Assembly: GCF_020745735.1 (NCBI RefSeq)
Contig: NC_083407.1
Location: 70,733,857-70,797,856, forward strand
DNA length: 64,000 nucleotides
Direction of reading: 5' to 3'
From: Hemiscyllium ocellatum
Lineage: Eukaryota
Below the pieces are notes generated by a model. That model had not been told where the DNA came from and searched no databases. It worked only from the letters and a program-made list of their open reading frames with translations. Below, one piece after another: positions 21,501-36,500 of the stretch (the stretch's first letter is position 1; each line of letters opens with the position of its first letter). The position numbers and the translations under genes were made by a program.

Positions 21501-24500
21501 TCGGACCATAGCTGGCAGTTGGTATAATTTAAATTTCATTCATAAAACTCTGAAAATGCAAGCTAGTGCCACTAACGATTACCATCACATGTCATAAAAA
21601 CCCATCTGATTCAATAATGTCCTTTAAAGAAGAAATTCTGTTGTCCTTACCTGGTCTTGTTCACATGTAAGTCTGGACCTACAGCAACGACTCTTAATGG
21701 CCCTCTGAAGTGACATATCAAACCATTTAGTTCAAGAGCAAGTAGGGAAGTGCAAAAAATGCTGGAATTATTAGTGATACCCAAAAAGAATGAAGAGGGA
21801 AATACAGCAGCAAGATTCAAAATGACATTGTTGGCATCAAGTCAGTGTTGTATGCAGAGAAACATTATGGTCTACCTTCTATCTATATGTCTATTACACA
21901 TATGAACATCCCACACTATCATATTCATATGTACATGTGCTCAACTGCCATGGATGTAGTAAAGGTCAAAGCACAGTGAATGTTGGAAATCTGAAATAAA
22001 CACAGAGACTGCTGAATATCAAACTCAGCAGGTCTGGCAGTATCTATAGAGGGATAGAGCTATGAAAAGATTAATCCTGTTTCTCCCTCACAGATGTGCC
22101 AGGGCTGCTGAGTTTCTCCGGCATTCTCTGTGTTTTGTCATGGAAAGAGTCTTGTCACTAAACCAGTATTCTCATGCTAAAATTACTGGTGCTATGTAGT
22201 CAAATTTTACATACCCTGCAGTGAATTTTATGTTATAAATATATGAACATCCAATCCAAAAACAAGAATAGATGACTCAGCCCTTTAAGCCTGCTCCACC
22301 ATTTAAGAAGGTCAAGGCTAATCTGATTTTTACCTCCACTGTACATGCCTGCATATCCAGAAGGCACTGCAGAGGAATACCAGCAAATAAAAGTTGACAC
22401 CAAATTCTGTACATCACAAGGGCCAGACAGAGAAGAAGGAATCATGGATTAGGATACATGGTAGGCCATTTCAAACTGAGATGAGGAAAAATGCCTTCAC
22501 TTGGAGGCATTGGGACCTTGGGAATTCTCTACCACACAATGATGTGGAGGTGAAGTCACCAAATATATTTAAGAAAGAAGTAGAAAGATGTGCAAGAACT
22601 CAAGGTGCCAACGGATATGGAGAGAGAAGAGGAATGTGACATTGAGGTAGAGTGTCAGCCATGACTATGTTGAATGGGCTTGATGTGCTGTATGGTTTTA
22701 TCCTAATCCTCCTTTCTTTTTGCTACATTTCCAGATGGTACTAAGTAAAGAAAAGATGGAAATTGTGGAGGCACTGGCCACAAGCCTTCTGAAATGAGAG
22801 GCAATGCCAGAGAATTGGAGAATTACCGTGCTGGAAAGGTTTCTTAGAGATGATAATCCAGCACAAAGTTAACAGTCACTTGGAAAAGAGTTTATCAATA
22901 AAAAACATGGAATATAAAGACAAAAAGATGCATATAAATCCACTGGCTTGGCCTCAGTAGGAGTATTGCAGTCAATTCTGGGCACCATATTTCAGGAAGG
23001 ATTCAAATTAGAATGGCATTGGGTAGATTATCAGGGCTGTGGGACTTTAGTAATGAAAGTAAATATGCAACAATAACAATGGCTCTCCTTGGACATAGAA
23101 GATCAAGAAGTGATTAAGTTACAGTTTTCAAGATAATGAAAGCATTAGAGAAAGCAAAGTTCTTCCTTCTGAGAAGTGAATCAATCACTAGAGCTGATGG
23201 TTCTAAACTCACTGGCAAAAGATCTAGAGGGAAGATGGGGAGAATGGTTTTCACTCACAGTTGTCAAAATCTGGAACTTTTTGACAGTACTAGAAGCTGA
23301 TTCCATAAGCATGTCTAAAAGGATTTGAGAATTGGAAGATTGGAATTTACAGGGCTATTGGCAAATGTGCTACTGGACTAAGCATAACTGGTCTATAAAT
23401 GAGGAAGCCCAGGCACAGCATCAGAAATAACCTCATTCGGTGCCATAATATATAAATGATTTGAGCACTCTGAAATAACAGACAATGTTGTGTTACCTTT
23501 TTGATTACTAAATACACTTTTGCATTTGTAATTTGTGTACATGGAAGCCTAAATTTCACCATTAAAATAGATTCTAATTTGTCTTTCTCATATCAAAATA
23601 TCTCACACTGAATATCACAGCTTTGACCACTCACACAGTGCCTGCCCCTTTTTAATGTGCTCTACTCTACATAACTCAATGTGCCTCTCAACTTGCTGTT
23701 ATGTGTAAACTCAAATATTTATAATTCTCATCTATGTCATTAATATACAGTGAAAAGGTGAGGAGCCAAGAAAAAATTTCTGGAATGTCATTGACACATC
23801 ATAAATTTGAAAATGTTTCTTTATCCCTCTCTCTGACACTAATCACCCAACCAACTACCAAACTATATTATATATGCTAAATTCACAAAATAAAGCACAA
23901 ACCTATTCATAAATGAGGCTCCAGTAATATCGCACATTCATTTCCAGAAATTACATCATAGATCCATTAGCATCTAAACATCTCAGATGCTTGATAGTCA
24001 CTTGCTTTCACATGTTTATGTTCCAGTAACCTGCCAAAGGTTGCTGTCCGTATTCATAAGTTTGGCAAACTCCCCCTTTGTAAAACAGTAGGAGTTGCTT
24101 GTATTTGTGAACTGTGTTCCAGTGGAAAGAACTCAAGATTTTTAGCAGGGATAAGGAGAAAATTAGCATGAAAGCTCATTTTTAAGAAATGAGAGAAATG
24201 TTCAGACAAGACATAAGAAATGGGAGGAGTAGGCCTTTCAGCCCAGCTTAGGAAGGAGAAAAACAACCAGGGATCCGTTGGTTTCAATCGCTAGTGATGT
24301 CTGTTGACTATCACTATTACACTAAGCTCCTTGCTGCAGCCATGAATAAATTCTACAAATTTATACAAAACATTGATCATGTGGAAAAGGGTTTGGAGAA
24401 AGCTGTCAATGGATCTGTTGGTCAATTGGAACTCAATTTGGAGAAGAAGTCAAGGTAATTGAGGAAGACCAATTAAGTAAGGGAATACAATTCTGAAAAA

Positions 24501-27500
24501 TGCAGAGAAACAGAATGACTTGGACAGTATGTAACACGTTCCTGAAAGAAATAGTACAGGTAAATAAGGTGATCAGGAAGGTATACTTCCCTTTATTGGC
24601 TGAGGTCAGAGTAAAGCCATAAGAGGTTTAACAGCTTTATAAAAAATTTGAATTAAGTTGCAGCTAAAGTATTGCTTACAATTCTGCTATGGGAGGAAGT
24701 GATTATACTACAAAGGCTAGAGAAGAGAGTTATCAGGAATTTGGCAGGAATTAAGAATTTTAGCCATGAGGAAAACTTGGATAAGTTAAGTTTGATTTCT
24801 TTCAGATCAGAGAATGCCAGATGGAAGTTGTTTTCTTTTTATTTATTCATTAAATGTGGGCATCACTGGCAGGGTCAACATGTTCTTATGAAAAGGACAG
24901 ACTAGAACTCCAGAAGGACATACAGCACATAGACAAGTTGGTGGAGTAGATAGATAGGAGGCGGATGAGTTTCAATGCGAAGAAGTAATGCAGCAGGAGA
25001 GAGGCAATGCATTTTGGAAGGAAGAACATTGAAAGTATAAAATAGGCAGTAAAATTCTGAGGTACAGAAGCAGGAGCATCTGGATATCTATGTGCACAGA
25101 TCATTGAAAATGCAGGACCGGTGGAGAGTGTTCTTGGCCTTATATGAATAGGGGTGTGGAGTACAAGAGCAAGGAAGTGAATTTGAACTTGTATAAAATA
25201 TTTTTTTTAGACCTCAGCTAGAGTGCTGTGTAAAGTTCTGGTATCACATTATATGAAAGGTGTGAAAACATTGAAGACAGTGCAGAAGAAGTATATTTGT
25301 TTGATACCAGGGATGAGAAACTTCAGTTATAAAGATAGATTGAAGAAGTTGGGACTGTTCTCCTTAGAGACAAGAAGACTGAGAGACGCTCTGATAGAGA
25401 CTTTCAAAACTATGTGTGAGTTGGATAGAGTAAATAGGGAGAAATTGCCACCACCTTGCAAAAAAAGCAAGCATAACAGGGCATAGATTTAAAGCGATGA
25501 GCAGAAGAAGCAAGGTTGAAGTGAGAATTTTCTCTTCATTCAGTCGTAGTTAGGGAGTGTGGTGGAGGCAAGTTTAATTGAAGTATTCAATAGGGCACTG
25601 GGTTAAAAACAATGTGAAAGGGTATGGGGAGAAAGCAGGAATGAGCATGATACAGCCAGAATGGGCTGAATGGTCTCCTTCAGTTCAATAACACTTCTAT
25701 GATTCTGTTAAATAGATTCTTGTTTACCAAGGTAATGAAAGGTTATCAGGATATGTAAGAATATAGAATTTGAGGTTAAAATCAGATCAGTCGTGACCTT
25801 ATTGAATAGTGGAGCAGGCTCAAAAGGGACAAGTGGTCTAATGCTGTTCCTTGTTCATATGTTCAAACAATGCTGCCAGATCTGCTGATTATCTCCAGAA
25901 CGTGCTGTTTTTATTTCACATTTCCAGCATTTTGCTTTTAAGCCACCTTTCCATGTTCCTTGCACAACATTTACAAATCTCATGCATTTTATTTAAAAAG
26001 CTGCTTCTTTATTCGTATTACCAAAATGAGTATCTCACACTTGTCCACTTCATATTTATCCACCTTGTTACGTACTCAAGCTCTCTATACCTCTTCACAT
26101 ATTTTACATTCTCATAAAGCTTTTCATTGTTACCAAACCTGGATACATTATTCTTGATTTCTTTATCTAAATAATCAACATAGATAGCTAAGACTGCAGC
26201 AATGATCCTTGCAGCATTCTACTAGTCATAGACTGCCAATTTTAAAATTTGATCCCTCCTCTCTGTTTCTTGTTGATTAACCAAACATCCAGCCATGTTA
26301 ATGTATTATCCCCAGCTCCATGAGTCCAATTGTAATTTAACTGAATTAAGTATTATTGAACCTCTATCAATTTTTCCAAACAGAATTCTCATTCACAATA
26401 TCAGATTGATTCTGTTTGCTTGTACTCTTATTTTCTAAGTGCAATATTGAGATTTCCTGAGAAATAGATTCCAGTATTTGTCTGATGATTTACACCAGGT
26501 TAACCGTCCTGTAGATTCTTGTTCTCTCTTGCTTCTTTTTTGAATTGCAGTAACGTTAGCTAGCTTTCAATTCACTGTTTCAGAATCTAGGGGCTTGTTT
26601 TTAAGAGTCATAACCAACATTGTGATGTCTCTGTTGAGATCTCTTTTAGAATGCCAGGATATAGGCCATCAGGTCTTCAGGATTTGTTGGCAGTTAGTCC
26701 TTAACATTCCATAACACTTTTTCCTCCTTCTGAATCATTGGTCTTTTCATGTTCCCACTGTATAAATGTTAAGTGACACTCTCTATGGCACAATATCTGA
26801 GTTCATACATATAAAATGGCTGAATGGGAGAAGTGCAGGAACACTGTAGATAACATCAGGACCCTAACTTGCTAAACACCAGCTCCTTCTAGTGGAAAGA
26901 GAAAACTGAAGCAAAAACAAGGATGTCCCTGAAATATAAACATGGAACATACCTGTCCCAGTAACACGGCACTGAAATTGAGCAGATTTTCCCTCAGTAG
27001 TAGAAGTGTCCTGTATTGGACTTAAGATGGTAGGTGGATAAACAGGTGCTTCAACCTCAGGAGAGACAATTTCTGGAACTGTAAACCATAAATAAATTCA
27101 CAACATGGATCTCACATCTCAGTTTATCAAAAGCATCATTTGAAACTTATATGAAGTAGAAGTAAATCTATTGATACACATTTACATTTAATAAAAAATG
27201 TTAATGGATGATTAAGACTTGTTGAAAAGCAAAATTATGAACTTCAAGTTGTTATTGACAGAAAGTTCCCAGCATTAAATATCTGCAGTCATACAAAAAG
27301 AGTGTTAAGAAAATAAGGAACATTTACAATAGGTGCAATTTTCTTCTCTGTTGCTTTCAAACAGGTTAATGATTCACCACTGGTCATATCACATCATAGC
27401 AATGAGCAACTTTAGCTCTCCCATTCCTATATATAACTAAAAATAGACAGTATTCACCATTAGGACATTACGTATATTAAAGTACATGCAAATAAATAAA

Positions 27501-30500
27501 TTACTTCAAGTATACCTTCAACATTAAGCGAAGCACCACTAGTAGCTAAACCAACTTCATTTCTTGCTTCGCAAGTGTAGATGCCTTCATCTTCAGGGAA
27601 TGCCTCAATCAGTAGCAAAGTGTACTGATTCTCATCATGAAGTAACTTGCGTTTGAATCCTGATGAGAGCTTTTGGCCATCCTTGAACCAAGATACTTCT
27701 AGTTTTGGTGTGCCAACTATTATCGCACAGAATCGAGCAGGTTCACCAGCTTTCACAACGCAAGGTTCCAACTCCAACTTAAAAGAAGGTGGTTCAAGAA
27801 CTAAAATAACAACAGAGAAGAATGTAGAAACATTGGTTTTCTGATTTCCACATACTAATTACTTCTGCTGTCTACAATCCAGTTGCCATACATACTTTTT
27901 CTTCACATCACGAGAGAGTAGTCTAACCAACAGCATGAAATACAGATCATTCTGCTATAGCGCGTGTTTCATTAATGTGAATTCGCTGAAACACTGTTGA
28001 TGAATTGTGGACATTGTTTCTGAAGCGCAGGCTTTTAAGATGTGTTTTGGTTGTAATGTGATTACATCCCCAACATGTTAAGCGTCATTTCTGAAGTGAG
28101 ATGTTTCTATAATGCAGGGTTACACAAGAACACAACCATCGCGTTATAGAAGAACTACCTGTACATTAAAAATATCCGAGGAAAAGAAACAATTAGGGAC
28201 TTTTTGAACAAAAGCTCAAAAATGTAACTTCCTTGGAAAGATTCCAATTGCCAAAGACTGAACATTATCACTGACTAGCTGGCAGAAAAGAATTAAGATC
28301 TTCTTAGATACAATTAGTCATTGGATACAGTAAACTGAAATTCAAATTTAACGGTGGAGTTTGAAACATGTTTGGTGTATAGATTGGAGGTAGGCAGACA
28401 AGCAATTTGATGCCACTGACCACTGCCATGAACCTAAATCTGTCTCATTACTGATCATGCTGCCATTGGGAACAAATCACTCCTGTGCTGCTCAATGGAG
28501 GCCAATTATTGTTAATCATAGGGCCTATAATGTGAGGACTCCAAAAAACTAGATCAACAACAGCTGCAGGCCATAGCCAATCTCCAGTTTCATGGTTCAC
28601 TAGCTATAATCTCTGAAAATTTTAAAATAAACTTCCCTTTACATATCCTCACAGTCTTCATTTTCAGATCAACAACTCTCAACTCAGTTTGTGCAGCTAC
28701 CAATCCCTGATGGTATCTTCACTCTCCTTCCTCCATTAGAAGGTGCTTGCTCTCTACAGCCAACCTAAGGCCAAAGGCCATAACATATTGGGGCAGATTT
28801 AGGCCATTCAACCCATCATGTCTGCTCCTCCATTCAATCATAGCTGAAGTGTATCTCAACTCTCTTTTCCTGCCTTCACCCCATAATCTTTGATCCCCTT
28901 ACTAATCAAGAATCTATCTATCGTTATTTAAATACTCTCAATGTACACTCCACAGCCTTCAATGGCAATGTGTTTCACTGATTCTTCATCCTCTGGTTGA
29001 AGAAATAACTCCTCGTCCCAGTTTTAAAGGGTCATCTTTTCACTCTGAGGCTGTCCCCACAAGTTCTACACTCTCCTACTAGTGGAAACATCTTCTCCAT
29101 GTCCACTCTATCCAGGCCTCTCAGCATTCTGTAAGGTTCAATGAGGACCCCCCTCATCCTTCTATACTCCATCGAGTCCAGACCAAGAATCCTCAACAGT
29201 TCCTCATACGACAAGCCTTTCACCTCTGGGTTCAATCTTGCAAACCTCCTCTGGACACCCTCCAAGGCCAGCACATCCTTCCTTAGATATGGGGCCCAAA
29301 ACTGCTCACAATATTCAAAATGCAGTCTGACCAGAGCATTATATTGTCTCAGTAGTACAAAACTGCTCTTGTATTCTAACTCTCTTGAAATAAATGCTAA
29401 CATTGCATTTGCCTTCCTAACTGCCAACTGAACCTGCATGTTAAACTTAAGAGGATTCTGAATTAGGACTTCTGAATCCTCTGTCCTTCAGATTTCTGAA
29501 GCCTTTCCCATTTAGAAAAAAGTCTATGTCTCTATTCTTCCTACCAAAATGCATAATCACATACTTTCCCAGAGTGTATTCCATCTACCATTTCTTTTGC
29601 CCACTCTCCAGTTCTGTTTAAATCCTTTTGCAGTCTCCTGCTACCTCAACACTACCTATTCCTCCCCTAATCTTTGTGTCATCTGTAAACCACAACAATG
29701 TCCTCAGTTCCTTCATCCAGATAGCTTATGTATAATGTCAAAAGTTGTGATCCCAACACTGATCCTACAGAACTAATCAGCCATTGGCTGCCAACTTGAA
29801 AAAGACTCCTTTACTTCCACTGTCTCCCTTCTGCCAGTCAGTCAATTCTCTATCTATGCCAGTACCTTGTCCCTATCACCATGGGCTCATATTTTGTTTT
29901 GACAACTTCCTGTGCAGCTTGTCACAGGCCTTCCTGAAATCCCAAAAATAGAATCATAGAATCCCTACAGTGTGAAAACAGGCCCTTTGGCCCAACAAGT
30001 CCTCACTGACCCTCCAAAGAGTAACTCACCTGGACCCATTCTGCTACCCTATTATCCTATATTTAACCCTGACCTAGCCCACACATTCCTGGACACTATG
30101 GGTAATTTAGCATGGCCAAATCACCTAACCTGTACATGTTTGGATTGTTGGAGGAAACCCAAAAACCCAGAGGAAACCCACGTAGACACTGGGAGAATGT
30201 GCAAACTGCACACAGATAGTCACCCAAGGCCTGATTCAAACCCGGGTCCCTGGCGCTATGAGGCAGCGGTGCTAACCACTGAACCAACATGCTACCATGT
30301 CCACTGGCTCTCCTCTAAATTGCTCATTACCTCCTCAAAGAATTCAAGCAGATTTGTCAGGCATGACCTCCCCTGACTCAGCCCTACTTCACCATGCACA
30401 TCCAAGTACTCCCCAATATCACTCTTAATAAATTAGTTGCACCTCTAGTTTCTTGCAAAAATATCTTCCTACCTTTCCACCCTCAACCTCCTCATCTGTT

Positions 30501-33500
30501 GATTCTTCTCCTGATTTCATGGTGCTGTCAACCTCCGCTTCACATCAGCTCCCTTAACCTCACAATCTATTCCTAGCTTTATGCTCCCATTTGATTATGA
30601 TCAACCATTTTCTTGTATCCCCACCACACACATTCGTCTATCAACTTCCATCCACGTATGCCCGGGTAAAGATGTCTGCCAAGCTACTTCTAATTACACT
30701 TGCACCACAGCTGGCTGATGTCTAAACTTGAACTCACTGTGCCATTTCTTTTAATAGCTGTAGTTTTAGCCCCAAGTTCTACAATATTCTTCCAACATCA
30801 CTGCCTCACTATTTTTTTCTCCTTTTAGACATTCATTAACACCCAACTTCTAACAAAATTGTTGCTCAACTCTCCTGGTATCTCCTGCTTTGGGCCAGCA
30901 TCCACGCTTGTCAGATTTCACCTTGAGAAGTGCTATTTATTTGTATCATAAAGGCATTTTGTGACAGCAAGTAATTGTTGCTTTGTATGTACCGTTAACA
31001 AGGAGATTCATAGAACTCCGATTCCTGCCAGCCACAAAGGTGTATTCGCCAGAATCAGAAACTCTGGTATCAGTGATGGTCATTCGATGTACGCGTCTTT
31101 GGATTATATATCTGTATCTTTGTTCAACTTCAAAGTTGATCTCAGTTCCATTCTTGAGCCATTGAGCTTCAACATCATCTTCATCAACTTCAAATTCAAA
31201 TATGGCTTTCTTTTTCTCAACGACCTGATTACAGAAAATTAGGTTTTGTTAAGATAATGTAGGAAAGTATAAAACTCAGTGATTTTCTTCTGTTTTCAAT
31301 TTCTACACTGTTCCTCATGATAACTGTAAAAACTGTTATTTTAAATAAAAAAGCAAATACATTATACCTGGATATCTGCATGAACAGGTTTTGAAATGAC
31401 AATGTGTCTTGCTTCCACGTACAATTTAGCAGTGGAAATATTTCCACCTGCAATTGCTGAATACTGGCCAGCATCAGACATTTTTGTAACAGGAATGGTG
31501 AGGCGATGAATAAATTTCTCACTGTGCATCTTAATTCTGTTAAAAAATAAGCAAAGAAAATAATTAAAATCAAACATTAAGCTTTTTGTAACACAGTTAG
31601 TGAACAAAATTGATTTATCAAATATTGTGCACATCTAACACCTACCTTTCCGAAACCTGGAGTTCCACACCATCCTTCATCCACTGTAATTCAATATTTG
31701 GTTCTGAAACTTCACACTCAAAGGTGGCTTTCTCCTTCTCGGTGACTTTGATATCCTTGATGTGCTTCCGGAATTCAATGTGCCGAGCTATAGAAGGACA
31801 TGCACTGATTATACACTGCATTGCATATATTAAACATCCAATTTTACAGTTAACTGTGCTATATAAACAAAACCACAAATAAATTACCTTCCACATATAA
31901 AGTTGCTGCAGACGATGCTGATCCAGCAACAAAACTGTACTCTGCTGCATCACCAAAGTGAATATTTCGGATTGAAAGTGTGTGTGTCAATTGCTTGGTT
32001 TTTACTTGTGTTCTCTCAGTTGATTTGATTTCTTTGCCATTCTTGAGCCATTTGTAAGTAATACCTTCATAATTCACTGTTACTTCAAAGGTAATTGTAT
32101 CTTTCTCTTGTGCATTCATATCCTTTAGCATGGATGTTATTAAAATTGCTAACAAAGGAAAACAATAATTTAGTTGCGGAAGAATATGATTGTCAATATA
32201 CACATTCCAATTAATATTAACGATTAGGTGCTTAGTTTGTCATCTGTAATTATGCAAGGTTAACTTAAACTTATGGATATATGGTACAGAAATGGATGAA
32301 GAAATCTTACGGTTTACTGTCAGAGTAGCCGACACTTTATTATTTCCACAGATAAAGGTGTATTCTGCAGAGTCCTCATGGCTTGTGTTCATTATAGTCA
32401 GCTGGTGGAGTTTGCCTTGCACAACTACTTTGAACTTATCGCTCATTTCTATTTCCACACCATTCTTTAACCAGGTCGATGGTACATTGAAATGAGACAC
32501 TTCGCACTGAAACATTGCATTTTTTGTCTCAGGAACTTCAATATTCTTCATAGTCTTGGTGATGTGCACAGCTTAAAAAATACATTTTGAAATATTAGAA
32601 TGCTGAAAATAGATACTATCTTTTGGGATGATGTATTATTTCAATTTTACATTAAAGTGCTGTGTTGTAATATATTATCACCAGAGGAATATATAATAAA
32701 TGCACTCACATTCAACATAAAGTTTTGCTTTGCATTCAAGTTGTCCAATAATGGCTGAATACTCCCCAGTTTGCGCTGGGGTGACATTCTCCAATACTAG
32801 TTTGTGAACTTTCCTCTGTGAAATAACTTTGCACTTGTCACTCGTCTTAAGCTCCACATTGTTGAACATCCATTTTACTGGCACATTATCATGTGATACA
32901 CTTAGTTCAAAAGTAGCAGTGGCATTTTCCATAGCTGTGATGTCCTTGGGTTTCTTAATTACTTTGATAACTAATGATATAAAATAAAATATTGTGTAAG
33001 TTCAGAAAATTCAAATAAACATTTTCATGACCCCACAATAATTACTAAAAGCTGAAGAAGGTATATTTTTATTATAATAATTTAAGCTACAAAATGTAAT
33101 TAGAAATGTGCAACTTAATTTACAATTAGCAAATATGAAAATAATTCATGGAAAATCAATATTGTGTTGTTAACACATCACTTGTTATCCACTAATTTAT
33201 ACAGTTATTCACATTATGTTGCATGTGTTAAGCTAATGCTCAAACTACATTGAGTTTTGTCATTGGGTTGAGCTGGACGCCAAAAGTGCACATTTTTAGG
33301 TGAATGAGCCAAGATATTGAAACTTGCTTGGCAATTCTGCAAGTCTGCATAGTGTTCCGATAAAAATATTTAATATGTATACTACAAGATTGTTTAGTAC
33401 TTATTAGCAAGGTTAAAATAGTTTCAAAATCTTTAAAGAAATTACTATCTACAGTAATGTGCTTTTAATAATTTGTATTATTAAGTGATATGAGATATAA

Positions 33501-36500
33501 ATTCCAGCTCTTACCTTCCACATGAAGTCTAGCATTAGCTGACAATCTGCCAAGTTTGAAGCTGTACACAGATTCATCTGAAAGTACACAATTCTTAATT
33601 CTTAGAGTATGTGTGACACCATCTACAGTAATCTCAAACTTGTCACTAGGTTTGATTTCTTCTCCATTTTTAATCCACTGGCCTCCAGTCACATCAGGAT
33701 GTGTAAGGTCCAAGGTAAAGACTGCATCATGTGTTTCTGTGACAGTCTGATTCTTCAATGTCTTCTTTATCTTGACAGCTGAGTTCAGAGAACAATTTTA
33801 TTGGAGTTATTTATTTATAATGCAATCTCATTTATCCATTGACTTACTGTTCACCTTATTAATTACCTGAAGGAAGGGGAAAGTATGATTTCTCAGTTGT
33901 ATTGCAGTCTTTTATAAGATTGAGTGAGACTGTGCAGTCTAATGCATCCCACAATCTGCCTGATTGCTTCTTTGTGCTGAGTCACAGGCTTCTAATCAAG
34001 TACTTTAATATTGTAAGGGTGATGATTTGATCTGGTACCCAAAAATGCATGGACAGTTCAATGACGTGTTCTTAGATATGAGCATGCAAGGAGAAGTTCT
34101 AGCCATGAGAATGGTCATAGGCCCTATGACCTGAAATTATTGTTTTTACTGTTTATTTCTTCTATATTTGGCCTACTCTGCAATTTCATATCTTTATTGT
34201 AATAGAATATCCTTATTCTTTTGATTACAAGTTTCAGTGCAAAACTATATAATTTAGTACATTTTACAATGGGAGAAAGTTAATACTGAGCAGAACTATG
34301 TTCAACCTATTGTTGGTTTGGCCCTCCAACACAACTCAGGTTTCTCATGTGGCCCCTTGGAAGAATTAATTGCCCACCCCTGTCGTCGGGGTTCTACCAG
34401 GAAAATGTTTTTACAATCAATTTACACTCTTATAAAAAGTTCACTTGACTAACTGCCTTGACTTTGAATAGACCTTTCCACCTTATTCCCCAATCACAAT
34501 TTTCCTTACTCATATTGTTAAATAATTCTGCATCTCATCCTCCTCCCTAATCTTGTATCCTCTTAATTGTATTGGACCATTCATTAGTCTCCCGTAACAA
34601 TTGTCAGAAATTGTAAAGCTCCCTTGGAACATGACAGCTCTTCCACCTTACACCTTAGCTGATGTCAAATTTATAACTTTCACCTTGGTGTAGAGTAATA
34701 GGACTAATTAGTTATGTTGATGCCATAATTTATAAAACACAGTATTCTTCCAATGAAATTGTTAAATGAATTTGATTTTAATAGTCAGAGATATGCAGTC
34801 AACTCTAGAGAGATGTATCTTATATAACCCAATGGAAAGTATTAAACTTCTGTCTATGCTTCCAATAATCTTCATTAAAAAAGCAACAGCATTTTAACTT
34901 TCTAGAATGTATTTATACCAGTTCTTTGGGGAGCAGTAAAACAATCAGCTTTCCCATATGTGGATGATTCTATAACACAGAAGCAAAACTCCTTCAAATG
35001 GAAGTACTAAACAGCTGTTCTACTTTTTCACAGGTATACTGTTATTGTACTATTTTGTCAGTAATTTTCCTTAAAAGTCAAACTTTGCCAATTAAAATTA
35101 TGAACTGAGAATAAAGGACAGTTAATTTGTTTACTTATATGTTTCTAACAGTTTCAAATTATTAAATTTTCCTTAATCATTGAACTAGCTGGCAATTCAA
35201 CAGTTCATTTTTGTAATGCATAAATGTTAAGATTCTCTTAATATTGCATATTAAATTCCAATATCACTCTTCTATCAAATCAGAAGTTCACTTTCATGTG
35301 CTTATAATATTGGAAAAGGTATTTATCTATTATTAATGGTTAAATAATATCAATTACACTCTACAATTTCTACTTATACGACATTATTATTTTTCTGTGA
35401 AACTATATTTGTTGCAATCTAATTCTTCAGCTTTGTGTCTAAACATAAATATATTTCATTTTTTGACTGTGATACCGACCTTCAACCTTCAGCTTAGCTG
35501 ATGTCTTGGAGTTTGCAACTTGGTATGAGTATTCAGCTGCATCTTCTGATTTAGTGATATCAATTATGAGACGCCGGGTAACTCCATCTACTTCACTTCG
35601 GACAATATTACTGAAGGTTATTGGCTTGCCATCCTTTGACCATATTCCCTCAGAGTCTGCATTAGCCACCAGACATTCAAAGACGGTTGGTTGTGATTCT
35701 GGAACTGTCTGATCCTTGAGAGGTTTGCTGATAGCACCACCTGAGGATTTATAAAAATACTGGAATAAACCAAAGCAAAAAAAGACCAACACAAACTACA
35801 TATGTCTTCATGCACACCGATGCTATGGCATCTAGTTGGAGTAACTTTAACAGTGTCTCTAAGCCTGATTAAATCTCTAATTTAGTTAGATGAAGATCTT
35901 AAAATGTAACTAAATTGCTCAATGAAAATGAACATATGTAAAAGTTTCTGTATTATTATTTAATAGTTTTAGTCTTTTGCTTAAGCTACAAACCCGGTCT
36001 CTTGAATTGATCATTCACAGAGTCTGGCACTGGTTATTAAAAAAAGTCTGGCTAGGACTAATTGAAGTCAGTTTTGAGGGTCTTTGAAGGTTTTAATTTT
36101 ATTGTGCTGTGAATATAGAAGTAGGAATTTGATTCAGCTGTTTGTCTCCATGTTGTAACAAAACAATATCAGAGAATGGCAGCTGTTTAATGTTCAATTG
36201 TAGGAGATCATATGTTGGTTCACCCTTGCACAATGGTGAGATCAAGAAACCAATGGCTAACAGATACATTGAGAAATAAAAGTGTTTTTAAATTTTCAAA
36301 TCAAAATCAATATAATTGAAATCATAATCAATTGATGAGATGTATGGTTGCAAGAAGGAAGACTGATAAGCTGTCAGCATGGGCATGGAAATTACAATAT
36401 CCTGTCTTAGAAGACGCTGAGGTTTCTGAAGTAAATATCAACAACAATTAAGTTTGAGTTAGGAAAATAATTGTAAAAGGTGTCATCTTTAATTTTCTAT

